A stretch of DNA of 63,184 bases, filler included, from Piptocephalis cylindrospora (Eukaryota), in NCBI GenBank assembly GCA_003614145.1. It is 10 parts of 10 records of this genome, joined end to end, with 100 filler letters (N's around TTAATTAATTAA, not from the genome) between each part and the next. Parts side by side here need not be neighbours in the genome. Positions count along the whole stretch, not along the records: positions 6,385 to 12,646 come from KZ988302.1; positions 12,747 to 18,996 come from KZ988303.1; positions 19,097 to 25,322 come from KZ988304.1; 7 more parts are not named here. One strand, given 5' to 3'. Under the pieces are notes generated by a model. The model was not told where the DNA came from. It was given only the letters and a program-made list of their open reading frames with translations, and ran no database searches. How positions within the stretch are numbered: position 1 is the stretch's first letter; every line of letters starts with the position of its first letter. The translations under genes were made by a program, and so were the position numbers. Of this stretch, positions 9,716-21,692 are shown piece by piece.

Positions 9716-11939
9716 TTACGCCTTATTCCAGGGCTCGACAAAGTGGGCTCCGGAAGGAAGAAATCGTTTCATGGCCTCAGTACCGACCGCTGATGCCTCA
9801 AAATCGTCCAGGATCCCACGGGCCACCTTGCCCTTCTTGCCCTTTTGGATAGGGGCCGAGGTGATGTCGAGGCTTTGGCCGAAGAACATACTTTTCTCAG
9901 TCTCTATTTTCTTGATGTCCTCGGCCGTCGCTTGGGGGGTCTGAATGGGGTTAGATTGGGTGGAGGGTAGATACCGCTTCTTCAAAAAGATCCCCAAAAG
10001 TGACTGGCTGGAAGATTCATCCTCCCCATCCTCAACGATGCCTCCATCCTCTCCAAAGCGCACATGCTGAACTCGTTGAATTTTTCGTCCTGCAGCCTTA
10101 TCCTCCCTTTCGACCTCATCCGTGCCATCGCCCTTGCGCTTTCGGCCCAGACTAGCCAGGGCTTCGGATTCAGCGTGCTGGATGAGTAGAGCCAGGTCGG
10201 AAGCGTGCATCCGGACCACCGGAGGCGTGGGGATGCAGCAAGCAATGACACCAGCCTGGTCCACTGGACACCTTTCGGCAAGGGAGAAGAGCTGATGGTT
10301 GGGAAGGACATATCTCACACTCTCATCCTCGTCCCGGGCCACTTGGTCTCTCCAGGCATGGACGGCCTTAAAGACAGCCATTTGAGCCCCATCCAAAGGA
10401 CGTTCCCATCGCTCGAGCAGCTTACCCCACCCGCCCTTGTCTCGACCACGAATGGCATCATAAATGGGCTTTTCATACTTGCGTAGGGAGGTGTTGTTGC
10501 TTCGTTTCAGGACATCACGCATCCATTGGGTTGGGTCAATCTCAGCACCCTCCTCCTCCTCCTCCTTCTTTTCCCCTTCCTCCTGCATGGATGGTCCAGC
10601 CAGGAGCTCATTCCTCAAAAGGTCAAAAATGTAAAGGAGGTAGTGGGTGTCGGCCTGGGCGTACTGAAGCATCTCCTGAGGGATGGGTCGGATACGCCAG
10701 TCGGCCAGCTGGTACTTCTTATCGGCATTGACATTGGCGTATTTAAGCAAAAGAGAGGCCAGACTATGGGAGGGAAAGGAGAGGACCTTGGTGGCATGGT
10801 AGGTATCAAAGAGATTGACAACATAGACACCAAAGTCCCGTTGGAGCCACTCAATATCCATGGTGGCTCCATGGAAGACCTTGACGATGGAGGGGTCGGT
10901 AAAAGCCTGATTAAGGAGGTGTAGATGGGGTCGAAGGACTAAAGCATCTAAGAGGAAATCTTCCTTACGAGTGGAAATCTGGATGAGACAGGTGAAGCCC
11001 TGGTAGGAACGCATGTCGTGGGCCTCTAGATCTACAGCAATCTCGCTCTGCCCCTCAAGTTTACGCGTTACCACCTTCAGAGCCTCAAGGGTATCAATCC
11101 ATTGGGCGGGGGTTTTGTCGAAGGGCAGGAAGGGCTGAGGGGTGTGTGGGGTAAAGAGGGAAGCTGGGTGCTCCAGCTGGGCAATCTCATACGCATAGGG
11201 ATGGGGAAGGGAGACAAGGTGATCGGCGATCCCTAAGCTCTGATGATGCGAGTCCCACTCCTCATCTCCAGAATTGGCCGCGGAAGGTGTCCCATTGGAG
11301 AGGGGAACCAGGGCATTAGGTTTATCTTGGATTTTTCTTTGGAAGGGCGCTAAGGAGTTATCCACACGGTCTGGGAAGGTCAGCTGTGGCCTGGGGATGT
11401 TGCTCGAATGCATGACCTTGTACCCTACCTTGGACTGAGAGCGGGTGTCGTGTTAGGGCTTTTAAAGTGAGAATTAAAGAAGAATAGGTATGGCTTACCA
11501 CATGGGTGACCTGAGGGGTAGATTGGGTGACTACGGAGGCAGAGGACCCTTGGTTATCCCGGCCCTTGGCCTGATCCATGCAAATGTCGGCCTTTTCTAA
11601 CAGGGAGTCTACCACATCCTCCATCCTCTCCCACTGCTCCTCTACATCCACTTCGGTCACCTTGTCAGCCTTATCTGAGCTTTGATTAGGGATTTCCCCG
11701 TTAGCCACAGCGACAAGGCGCTGGGTCAAAGAGTGAATGTCACCCGAGAGAGAATCGAGCTGAGAAACAAAGTTTTCTGGGGCGATGGAGCGGTAAAAAG
11801 CCAGATCGGCGGCTGAGGGTAGCTTGGCCGACTGGGTGGCCACCTGGGTGAGACACGAGGTAAGGCGAGCCGTATACTCTTCCAGATCCTTGCCGTCTTG
11901 GAAAGGCATCTTGATCGGAGCGTTGGTATCTGATGGCAT
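9716..11939 (-). CDS. RRP6: Nuclear exosome exonuclease Rrp6 (PMC2NT, DEDDy and HRDC domains); intron 11435-11498
   Basis: Motifs DLAFYRS, DVVDSLLEKAD, AVDLEAHDMRSYQGFTCLIQIST, KKYQLADWRIRP, YAQADTHYLL and WRDQVARDEDES. A phase-0 GTAAGC...CAG intron joins the two ORFs. Confidence 0.95.
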
Positions 11940-13240
11940 GGAGGGAAAGGGAAAAAAAAGAAAAACAACGTTTCGAACGCACTATAGTACGGAGAAAGGA
12001 TCGGCAGAAGAGAGGATAAAAGTGGGCTTGGCTCGGTGTGCAAGTCATACCATTCCAAAAACACGCAATTTCGATGAGTTCACCAATGTTTGACTTTTGC
12101 TTAACTTAGTGTATCAAGGTCAGAATAAATATCTACTAGGATATTTGGTATGGAGGCCAGGAAATAAATGGTTTTTCAAAGGTAAAGAATAAATATATAA
12201 TAAATGGGGCTTCAAAGCAAAATCAGCATGAATATCTCCCAAAAGGAGAGCATTGGTGGTCAATTTTGCTGTCCATCTCTAATTCCAGACAAAAAAGATA
12301 GGAATATGTAGTGGGTAATGATAATGATATAATCCCGTACGCAAACTCCCGTCCCAGCGGCAATGTCATGAGCATCCATAACCCGGAGCGCCTCAAAGCA
12401 AAAAAGAAGGATAAAGAATAAGGCAGGAAAAGAAAGAGAGGAAAATACACAAGACGAAAGGAAGAAAGTGGGGATGGAACGTGCTTAAAGGAGAATATTG
12501 TTGGTGGAGACATCCGTATCGGCTTCACTGGAATTAGAGAGGGACAGAAAAATTGACCACCAATGTTTCCCTTTTGGGAGATTTTCTTCTTGTTTTTTTT
12601 TTTTCTGAAGGGTCTTGCAACTCCGATGATTGTTTAAGCTACCCTTNNNNNNNNNNNNNNNNNNNNNNNNNNNNNNNNNNNNNNNNNNNNTTAATTAATT
12701 AANNNNNNNNNNNNNNNNNNNNNNNNNNNNNNNNNNNNNNNNNNNNCTCATGAAGCACTAAAGGGATGCCCCTCTCATCATTAGGGGTCTCATCCACCAC
12801 ATTATTGTGGTTTCCGCTAAAAGTTTTGTCTTGATCTCAATGAGGGATGGGGCTAATCGCTAGTGAATGAATGTATTGATATGGATCTGAATCCGGATGG
12901 CAGTGTCAGCATGTAATGAGCAAAGCTGCCATCGGATCCAGAGTATGGGTTGCACCCGTATATCCATCCTTTTATGCCCATCCCTTCACCCCGTGAAGAG
13001 ATGGGCATCCTAGATCACACATGCTGCCATTGTCCTGCTCATCATCTAGCCTACAATATACGCGCATACACACATCCTCTACGCCTCGTCTTGCCACGCT
13101 TGCATACAATCCACACGTTCAGTGTGTCGAAGGCATACCCATTTGGCCCCTTGATCCTCCATGTGCTCCCTTTTGAGCGCCCTAGAAAGGCCCCTCTCGC
13201 CTAGAGGGGGTTCATTCACGACAACATTGATGTGACTAGC

Positions 13241-13527
13241 AATAGGTTTGGAATGAGAATGATGACAATCCAGACAGGAGAAATCAAAGCAGAGAAAAGG
13301 GGTAGAAACTGGAAGGTTCTATTAAGCGGATATAAAAAGGACAACCAATGCTCTCTTTTATACTTGGGATGAGTTTATAGGGTATAAGGTTTAGGATGCC
13401 AAGACCTCAGAATCACAGGAAGATACTAGAACCACAACGGGTCCTGACATTGATAAGGGGTCATCAAGATACCAAAGGATATCTCGTGGCCCGTTTTTCC
13501 ATAACCAATTAGCCCCCTAAAATCACA
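13241..13527. repeat. Direct repeat, copy 1 (partner ~14381-14667, offset 1140 bp)
   Basis: About 200-bp near-identical core (cagacaggagaaatc...gtcatcaagata) plus a diverged extension. Contains a minus-strand TATAAAAG. Confidence 0.9.
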
Positions 13528-13679
13528 CTTCCCCACGCTTACTCAGTGCTTACTCCCGCGGGCATTAGGCTTGTTTCGAACCATGGTTTATCGGGGGTCG
13601 ATTACCGTCCCCAGACGACGACCAGTAGCGGGCCACTCTCGCCTAAAACATTTTAGTGTCATCTGCCCGTTATCGGATC

Positions 13680-14252
13680 TTAGCATCCCCTCGTGTGTGT
13701 CTGGGATGCGCCGGCATTTACCATTTCCTGCACTGTCTTGCGCTCCAATTCATTTATCGACGACTCGACTTCTCCGAGTAAACGTTCAGCGCCTTTGATC
13801 AGTGCTCGCGCCCGCCTCTCCTCGACACTTTTGTGCTTCCTCATCGCCTTATCCAAGTAAGAGCGCTGCGGCGTATCTTTCAAACCGGCTCGAGCCGCCT
13901 GTAGGTGCTTTTCGAGTCGAGTTTTATCTTTTAGCAATCCCGGCATGGGGGCGGCCGTGATACGGGCCGCTTGGATTGCCTTCCAGTGGACATTGCACAA
14001 ACTCCACTTCCCGATCTGAGTGTAACCATCATACCTAATAGACCAGGGCAGCTCCTTTAGCGGTGGGAGGGCCGGGGCACCTCCGTCGACCCCTTGCTTC
14101 CACGCGTGCATTTCCTTCAGTGCTAAGTTCGAGCTATGGCTAGGCCCGCCTCCGCCGTCCGGAGAATGAGTGGGCTGCGCAACTGCGACTCCACCGTTTC
14201 TACAGGTACCCGCCAAGGCTACGGCAACTATAGCTAGGGTAAAGTATCTCAT
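13680..14252 (-). CDS. Orphan secreted protein, 190 aa from the ATG at 14252
   Basis: Signal peptide MRYFTLAIVAVALAG, intronless, basic helical C-terminal half. A TATA box lies upstream in repeat copy 2. Confidence 0.65.
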   Translation of the reverse strand: MRYFTLAIVAVALAGTCRNGGVAVAQPTHSPDGGGGPSHSSNLALKEMHAWKQGVDGGAPALPPLKELPWSIRYDGYTQIGKWSLCNVHWKAIQAARITAAPMPGLLKDKTRLEKHLQAARAGLKDTPQRSYLDKAMRKHKSVEERRARALIKGAERLLGEVESSINELERKTVQEMVNAGASQTHTRGC

Positions 14253-14380
14253 GGCTGCTCGGTTAGTCGAATACTGCAAAGAAGTATTTCGTTATTTGGA
14301 ATTATCGTTAATCTGCTTGGTCCTTTTTTGCCTTGTTGGTGGTGTTAGAACAAGGGGTCGTGATTTTTTGTGGTTTTAAC

Positions 14381-14667
14381 AATAGATTTGAAATGAGAGT
14401 GATGATAATCCAGACAGGAGAAATCAAAGCAGAGAAAAGGGGTAGAAACTGGAAGGTTCTATTAAGCGGATATAAAAAGGACAACCAATGCTCTCTTTTA
14501 TACTTGGGATGAGTTTATAGGGTATAAGGTTTAGGATGCCAAGACCTCAGAATCACAGGAAGATACTAGAACCACAACGGGTCCTGACATTGATAGGGGG
14601 TCATCAAGATATTAAGGGGGTATTCCATGACCCTTCTTTCCATGGTTATTGGCTCCCTAAAACCACC
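14381..14667. repeat. Direct repeat, copy 2; probable promoter of the 13680-14252 gene
   Basis: Matches 13241-13527. Minus-strand TATAAAAG at ~14495-14502. Confidence 0.9.
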
Positions 14668-15727
14668 TGACGTCGGAATTTCTTTCCATATTATTATGTG
14701 TGTGGGTTTGGATGAACAGATAGCCTTGGTGAATGGATGGAATGGGTCAGGGAGGTGAAGCACAATAAATGGATGGTGTAAGAGAGTATCAGAAAGGCCC
14801 TCTCTCCCCAGCTTGGGCTCACCCTCCCCTCTCCATTCTCTACCTTTTTATCCATCCACTTTCAGATATCTATTCCACCCACACACCTGTCCCCGCTATA
14901 GCGATACCCTTATGTCGGTGATTGACCCATTACTATCGTGGGTTCTCTCCACCGCATTGATGTCGAGGCCTTATCTCCTCTTGTGTTCTCTCATACTGAG
15001 GGAGTGACCCAGCACCCTCACACCTAAGCACATACATAGATACTCCCACTCACACCACAATACACACACCTACTTCTCAGTCCTCACTTGCGGGCCTCAA
15101 TATAGGGATTCCTTATCCATAGTAAACTGTAAATAATCCAACCCGACATTGAGCTAATTTTGGTGACTTTTGAATCTTGTATCTAAAACAAGGGATATAA
15201 ATTAAGAAGAAATCCTTCCAGTACATAATACATATTACCACGGTGAAGATGGGAAGATCTGGCCGTTGACCACCTTAAGAATTATGACATAGATCATCCC
15301 CTTCACGACAAGTATTGAAAGGCTTCCTCAGAGGTAAAAATTAGAAATGGCTGAAAGTGAAGCAAATAGGGGCTTCCTTGATCCAACAATCTCATCATAA
15401 GGCATATGTAGATTTTGGGAGAGAAATGATGGTTGTGATGAGGAAAAGGGCACTATTACAATGAGAGCTAAAAGCAACAAGATGAGCATCTGTCAGCCCC
15501 TCACAAAATAGCCGTGCTATCCGCCTTGTCTGGATAAAACCAACACACACAGGAAGACGCAAGCCCATACCGTCCCAGTCACCCCACCCCACTCACTGTA
15601 CTGCACCGCACCGCCCCATTGAACCCCTCCTTTCTTCCCTCCGCTTCCATTCCAGCCTCAAATCCTTTCACTACCTTCCCTCCCGCTTATATCCATTCGA
15701 ATACTCGCTCACTAACACCCTCGTAGC

Positions 15728-17681
15728 ATGACTTTGACTAGCAATCCGGGTCGTTTCACTCGTGGGAAGGGAAAGCAAGCGGCTCGCTCGGGCAGGGGGG
15801 CGCAACCTCCCGCCCGCGCCCCTGCTCCATCAGAGCCAACGAAGATGGCTGAAGAGCAATACACTACAGAGGTATACTCGATCCTTTCTTCGGACAAGGA
15901 AAAGACGGTCAGACAGCACTTGATGCGACTTCAGTCGCACCTCTCCACTGATCCCAAAGACTTTACACCCCCGATCAAGTTGGTCAAACGGAATGTTTAC
16001 AACCGAGAGCTACAGGAAGAGAAAGAGGCAGCGGAATTGGCGGCCAAGGAAGCCCTCGAGGCCAAGGCACGGGCCGAGGAAGGGGAGCAAGCGAAAAAGG
16101 AGGGGGAAGGAGGGGATAAGGTGAAGGAGGAGGAGGAGGAGGAGGAAGAGACGCCAGCGGCCCAAGAGGACCTAAGTAATATTGCACCGTATGGAGGAGC
16201 GACTTACAATAGGCAGAATCTATTTCAGAAGAAGACGAGGTTTGTTTATGCTAACCGGGAGGTCCTGAATGCGCGGAGACAAAAGCTGCGGGATGGACAA
16301 CCGTGGATGCTTGTAGATGATGATCGACAGAACATCTTTGAGGGTAAAATCCAGGCCAAGCAACGACCCACGTACTTTCTCTTGGTGATTGAGGACGGAA
16401 ACTTCCGTGTGGTGCAAGTAGCCAAGCAGTACCGATTCATGCGACAGCCCAGCTACAAAACCCTGACGGCCGAAGAGGCAGAAGCGGCCATGGCCAAGCG
16501 GCAGAAGCAGCAGACGCATAATCGATGGATTATGCGCAATAGATCGCAAGATGCGACTGATGACGTGGATGCAAATGAGACCCTAAGGCCAGAGGAAGCG
16601 TCGTCCCGACCTTCTTTGTCTAGGAAGCTCATCACGGTGGATGCCCGAGACAGAGATCGGGGAGGCGATGAGTACCTAGACTACGAGGGACTGGGGACAC
16701 GATCGGACGATGATGAGGGAGAGCAGGAGGCCGAGAGGGAGGATGAAGATGAACGAGCCAGAAAGGACCAATGGAGCAGGGAGGTACATGCGGCTGACAG
16801 CGCAGCATATGACATTGACGATATGGAGCTATTTGGCGGGGCTGTGGAGCTGGATGAGGGGGTCAAGGCGGAGGAAGGAGGGCCCGATGCACATTCCAAG
16901 ATGGTGAGTTTTTCTTTCTTTTGGTTGAATGAGAGAGTAAGAAAAAGCGCTTATGGGATGCACCAATGTATCACCTTCCTAAATTCACCGCTCCTCTCAA
17001 TCGACAGGAGGATACGCGGGACCTAAGGCGACTTGGGGTGGAGGTGGCAATGGCGGGTAGGGACGAGTCGGATGATGAGGAGGACCCGTACGCCAAGGCA
17101 GCTGGAGTGAGGCTCAAGGAGGAGAGGGCAAGGGAGCGGGAGGCACGGAGACAGGAGGTCCTCATGATGCAGCCCACACCTCAGCCCGGAGAGGGAGGGG
17201 AGGATAAGGAAGTGGCAGTGAAGAAGGAAGAAGATATTGAGGGAGGGACCCAAGAGACGTCTGTTAAAAAGACACCTGGGGAGCAGTCTCCTGAAGCCAC
17301 ACCCATGACCTCTGGGGAAGGCCCATCGCATGTATCGGCGCACAAACGGGTTCATTCAGACATAGAAGGAGGGGCGGATAAGGAGAGGAAAAAGAAGAGA
17401 GATGGACCCTCTGGTTTTAAAGATCCGGGTAAGTTGTCTTTTTGACTGATCGATGAATCCCTTCTTCTTACGCATCTCACCCCACTACAGATGCCAATCT
17501 GATCACTGAGGCGGATGTGATCGAAGTGATCCAATCGGCTAAACTTACACCCAAGGAGGTGGTGAACCGATTGAGACTTAAGCTCCAAAAGGATCCACGA
17601 AACAAGAAGCAGGCGTACCAGATCATCCTTCAAGTGGCCAGTCTTCAAAACGGCGTCCTTGTCCTGAATAAGAAGCCCTAA
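15728..17681 (+). CDS. TFG1: TFIIF large subunit (Tfg1/RAP74); introns 16904-17007 and 17429-17490
   Basis: Motifs IAPYGGA...LFQKKT, PWMLVDDD..FEG, YRF...YKTLTAEEAE, and a C-terminal winged-helix-like exon LITEADVIEVIQ...LVLNKKP. Confidence 0.9.
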
Positions 17682-17996
17682 GTTTGGGGAAGGATGGGAG
17701 GTGGGATCAGGGAGAAAGAGTGTGTGTGTATGTGTGGAGAGGGATAGGCGTTATTTCATGATCTAGAATAGATCATGGCTCATCCTCATTGCTTCTCAGT
17801 GGCATGAGATGACCCATCTACCCGTCTTCAAGACAAAAGGAAAGACTACAGAATGACCAGGAAACACAAGAATGTACGTTTATATAATACACCACTGCTT
17901 CAAAAAAAGCCTGGGGGGATCTCCTTGACCCATTCGTTCGACCTTCTTTCCTCCTCATAGGACTCCACATAAGATGGACCCTGGTACAGATACAGT

Positions 17997-18833
17997 TCAC
18001 AGTTGCTCCTGGGTGAGGAAGAAACGCATCTTGCCCTTGCCCCGGAAAACCTCACCTTGAGAGCGTAAACAGGCCGGTATACGTCTCCAGGCCTTGATGA
18101 GCATGCCTGTCTCTTCATCCCCGTCCCCGCCCACACCTTGGATCCAGCAGGAGGCGAGGATGTCAAAGGCATCAATGAGTTCTTCATCCCCCTTGCGCAT
18201 CTTGATGGCATTTCCATCTCGGCCGAGAAGAGAGCCCATGGACCATTCAACGGAGCGTCGATGCTCCCGATTTCTCTCCTGTCGGTCATGAGAGACCTTG
18301 TCGGCCAGATCCATGACCCGACGGTACGAGGAGAAGAGGGGGGAAGAGGACCATGAGGGGATATCAGGGCCTGGGGGAGGGATGAAGGTGAGGAGGGATG
18401 GACGACGGGGGAAACGCTTGCGTAGATCCAGGAGGAAGATATCGCGGGCGCCGAGGAATTCAATGTCATTCATGTTGCGTGCACGATTTCGAGCAGATCG
18501 ATCCTCCCGCCGACGCAGGTCTAGGAGATCATTGCGGACCTGAGGATTGAGGGAGAGCCAGGCCTCCAGGACATGCTTCCACCAAGTTTCTTTAAGGATG
18601 GAAGAATGGGAGGAGTTGTCGGAGTTGATGGCGATATCAGCGAGGTCCAAGCCCAGGACGGCGGATACCTGAAGACATCGGGTTCCCTGGATGTACTGGG
18701 GGCCGAGACTTGGGTCAAAAGTGGTGAGGGAACGGGAGGCGACCGGGGTAAGGGGTAGTGAGGGGGGTACCCATGAGGGGGCCGATGAGGCGGGCAGGGA
18801 ATGGAAGGGACGATCAAGACTAATGGGCGGCAT
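17997..18833 (-). CDS. Hypothetical protein, 278 aa
   Basis: Long ATG ORF with globular-looking composition, convergent with TFG1. No family recognised. Confidence 0.6.
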   Translation of the reverse strand: MPPISLDRPFHSLPASSAPSWVPPSLPLTPVASRSLTTFDPSLGPQYIQGTRCLQVSAVLGLDLADIAINSDNSSHSSILKETWWKHVLEAWLSLNPQVRNDLLDLRRREDRSARNRARNMNDIEFLGARDIFLLDLRKRFPRRPSLLTFIPPPGPDIPSWSSSPLFSSYRRVMDLADKVSHDRQERNREHRRSVEWSMGSLLGRDGNAIKMRKGDEELIDAFDILASCWIQGVGGDGDEETGMLIKAWRRIPACLRSQGEVFRGKGKMRFFLTQEQL

Positions 18834-20560
18834 AAGATGGTTATGACCCGAGCTGAGGGATGGGACGGGGGAAAGGGATGGGGCGGGGGAGAGGGGGGGG
18901 GAGAGGTGGGTGGGGAGGGATTTGGGGGGTTTTGGCCAGAAGACGGTGGTGATGCCACTGGAGGAGGCGGGGGGGGGGGCGGAGGGATTGGGGGCGNNNN
19001 NNNNNNNNNNNNNNNNNNNNNNNNNNNNNNNNNNNNNNNNTTAATTAATTAANNNNNNNNNNNNNNNNNNNNNNNNNNNNNNNNNNNNNNNNNNNNAATA
19101 TAAGAACGCGTAACTTGTTATTTTTTCCCCATCTCACAGCTCGACAAGATATGTGATGCTGATGAAGGGAAAGAAGGGGCGAAGTGATGTGGTCGCAGGC
19201 AGAGGACCGCAATAGGGTGATGATTACGGAAAGGAAATGGCTTGAATTGACAGAGGGGAGCTTTGAGGGGGGGGAAGGGATGATTCAGATGAGGATGGAT
19301 GGGGGGAAGAAAAGAGGATAGGTAGGCCGGAAGCTTCACGGTGATGTATTTATACACTCTCTTTCTTCTTTTTTTTGGGAGAGAGGTTGAGCCGTTTTGG
19401 CGGCTTCCACTCAAGGGTTGAGTCTGGCGGGGGGGAGACTTACAGGAAGCAGATGGGGACTGAGAAGGGGCAATGCAAAGGACGGCCTAGGAGCGCAGGT
19501 CCCATTTGCTGGGGAAGAGGGGGAGGGGGGAAGGGATAAATAAGCTATATTCCCACAGTACGTTTCGCCTCTAAACACGAGAAGAGTAATTCTTTGGGAG
19601 ATGTAGATAGGTGGTGGACGTGGCTAGAGATCGCGGATCAAGTGTATCTAGTGTTGGATGGCGCTAGGACTTTTCCTTGCTGGATGAATGTGCACGGGTT
19701 ACCTACTGATATTCACTATTGGATGGATAGAGCCGGGGGGGGGAGCCTTACAAAAGTGTAGTAACTTTCCGCCGTCCTATTCCTCTTGGGTCATAGGCCT
19801 ACATTTTGAAAGAGGATAGAATGTTCATCCACGGACTGGTGATGTTTTAAAAAGGGATGTGCTACCTCATGATGCATACAGAGGGTGCGGAGGAAAACTT
19901 TTGATCTTTTAAGGCCCCTATTCTATCCTTCAGCGCTATTCTACTCTGCTTCTCTATTCCGTTTTCTATGTTATATAAAAAAACAATATGGCAGAGTGGC
20001 GTCATCATCCCTCAGTCCCTACAAAAACATAAGAGAGGTGTACGGAATGGAAGGGTGGCTTGACTGCCATTTCGCCCCAGATGAGGTATTCAACGAGGAT
20101 AAAGGTGATGGGAAAGCCAATCTTTATGCAACTATCTTATCCTAAGAGACAATGTCGTGCTCTGACCCATCCAACAACGAAGCTCGATCTTTCTTCCCCT
20201 CACACACTTTACTGGTACGCTACATGATATTATAGTGCTGGGCAACATGTACTGCTAATCTGGATTGGTTCTCTCTCCTGACTCCGCCCTTCATCAGTGT
20301 GTATAAAGACTTGTCATGAGGGGAGGGAATTGGGATTTAAGATCCGTCCTGCGTCTCCTCCCTTACCTCTCTTCCCGTCTCTCCCTCATTCCCCAAGAAC
20401 CCTTTACGCCTCGTACCCTTTCTTAACGCTTATTCTATCTTTTCCTCAAGGACTTTATCACGCCCCTTACCCTCTCCTACTGCTTATTCTTCCAGTTCTC
20501 TTAGGGAGTCATATCCGATAACACGGCTATCAAGCAACGATCTCTTTCCTCTCTTCCGCC

Positions 20561-21184
20561 ATGCCCTCGTCTCTTGCCTACCTTCTCGGATCTATAGCCT
20601 TGGCATTTATACTTCATCCCATGGTTAGCGCAGCTTCGGTCAAGACAGTCGCCCCGGTTGTCCAGGGAATGGGGGGGGGAAAGTCCACCCGATTCCACGG
20701 GGTCACCCCCCTTCCTGACCTAAATTCCAATACTCAACCTGATGATTCTGGAGAGAATGAGGATTCCCCAGAGGGAAAGCCCGATCCTCTCTTTAATGAG
20801 GATGGAACGTGGAGGGGGATGGGGGAGAAAGACCCTATTGTCATCAGTAACATGACCCTAGCCATCGTTGAGTCCGGGACCCCCGAGGCCGAGGTGGCCT
20901 CCAACATCACTGCCCAGTCCCATCGACTCGAGGATATTGTCAATAAGGTCCGGGATCAGCACTCGCTCTACTGCACGCGGAATGTCTTGGGGGTCACCAA
21001 CGAGTGCCCTCGGACCCCATACCGCATCTATGCCAACGCCTCAGTTCTCGCCGCCACCCAAACGCGATGGGCGTCGTCCGGTAAGATATGGAGGTCCGCT
21101 CGTCCTTGCGCTCCCAATGCTCGTGGGGATATGGTGGGATCCTTGGATACGTGGCATCGGTCCGTTACAGTCTATTGTGTTTGA
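20561..21184 (+). CDS. Secreted protein, tandem paralog A, with an unrecognised 4-Cys C-terminal domain
   Basis: Signal peptide; TATA-like GTATAAAG at ~20301; aligns with 21693-22409. Confidence 0.8.
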   Translation: MPSSLAYLLGSIALAFILHPMVSAASVKTVAPVVQGMGGGKSTRFHGVTPLPDLNSNTQPDDSGENEDSPEGKPDPLFNEDGTWRGMGEKDPIVISNMTLAIVESGTPEAEVASNITAQSHRLEDIVNKVRDQHSLYCTRNVLGVTNECPRTPYRIYANASVLAATQTRWASSGKIWRSARPCAPNARGDMVGSLDTWHRSVTVYCV

Positions 21185-21692
21185 GACCGTGCGTGCGTAT
21201 CTGCATGCATGCTGCGATCCTTGATCGTGCTGCTAGGAGAATGTGCTGTTATTCTGATGAAAATATGCATGGAAGATGCTCTGTTTCTCGCTCATCTTGC
21301 TTTTATCTTCGTGACTCTACTGTGATTGTGCTATCATTGCACAGAGATGGTGCGGAATGGACAGGTCGTCCTGCATAGACGTGTCCTGATTGGCAGGATA
21401 GACCGGAGCTGGAAGATGTAATGAGAGAGATTGGCTGATGGCGTCGGAGATTGAACTGCTCTCTCATCCCTGTTTGCCCCTCTGGCCTCTCATGCCCTCT
21501 GTACATAACGCCTTTTCCTTTCTTTTTCGTGCCTGGGGAGACCTCTTCTCTTCTCACCATTCCGTCTCATCATCTCCTTCTCATCGTCGCCTTCTTATCA
21601 TCATCATCCTTCACAGTGACCTACTGACGACCCTTTCTTTCAAAATACTCTACTGACGACATCACCAATTCACCCTTGACCTTCCTGTCAGC

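Noticed and set aside
13241..14667. Direct repeats as the LTRs of a TRIM retroelement
   Set aside because: No TG...CA boundaries, primer-binding site or target duplication is evident, and similarity fades gradually instead of ending sharply.
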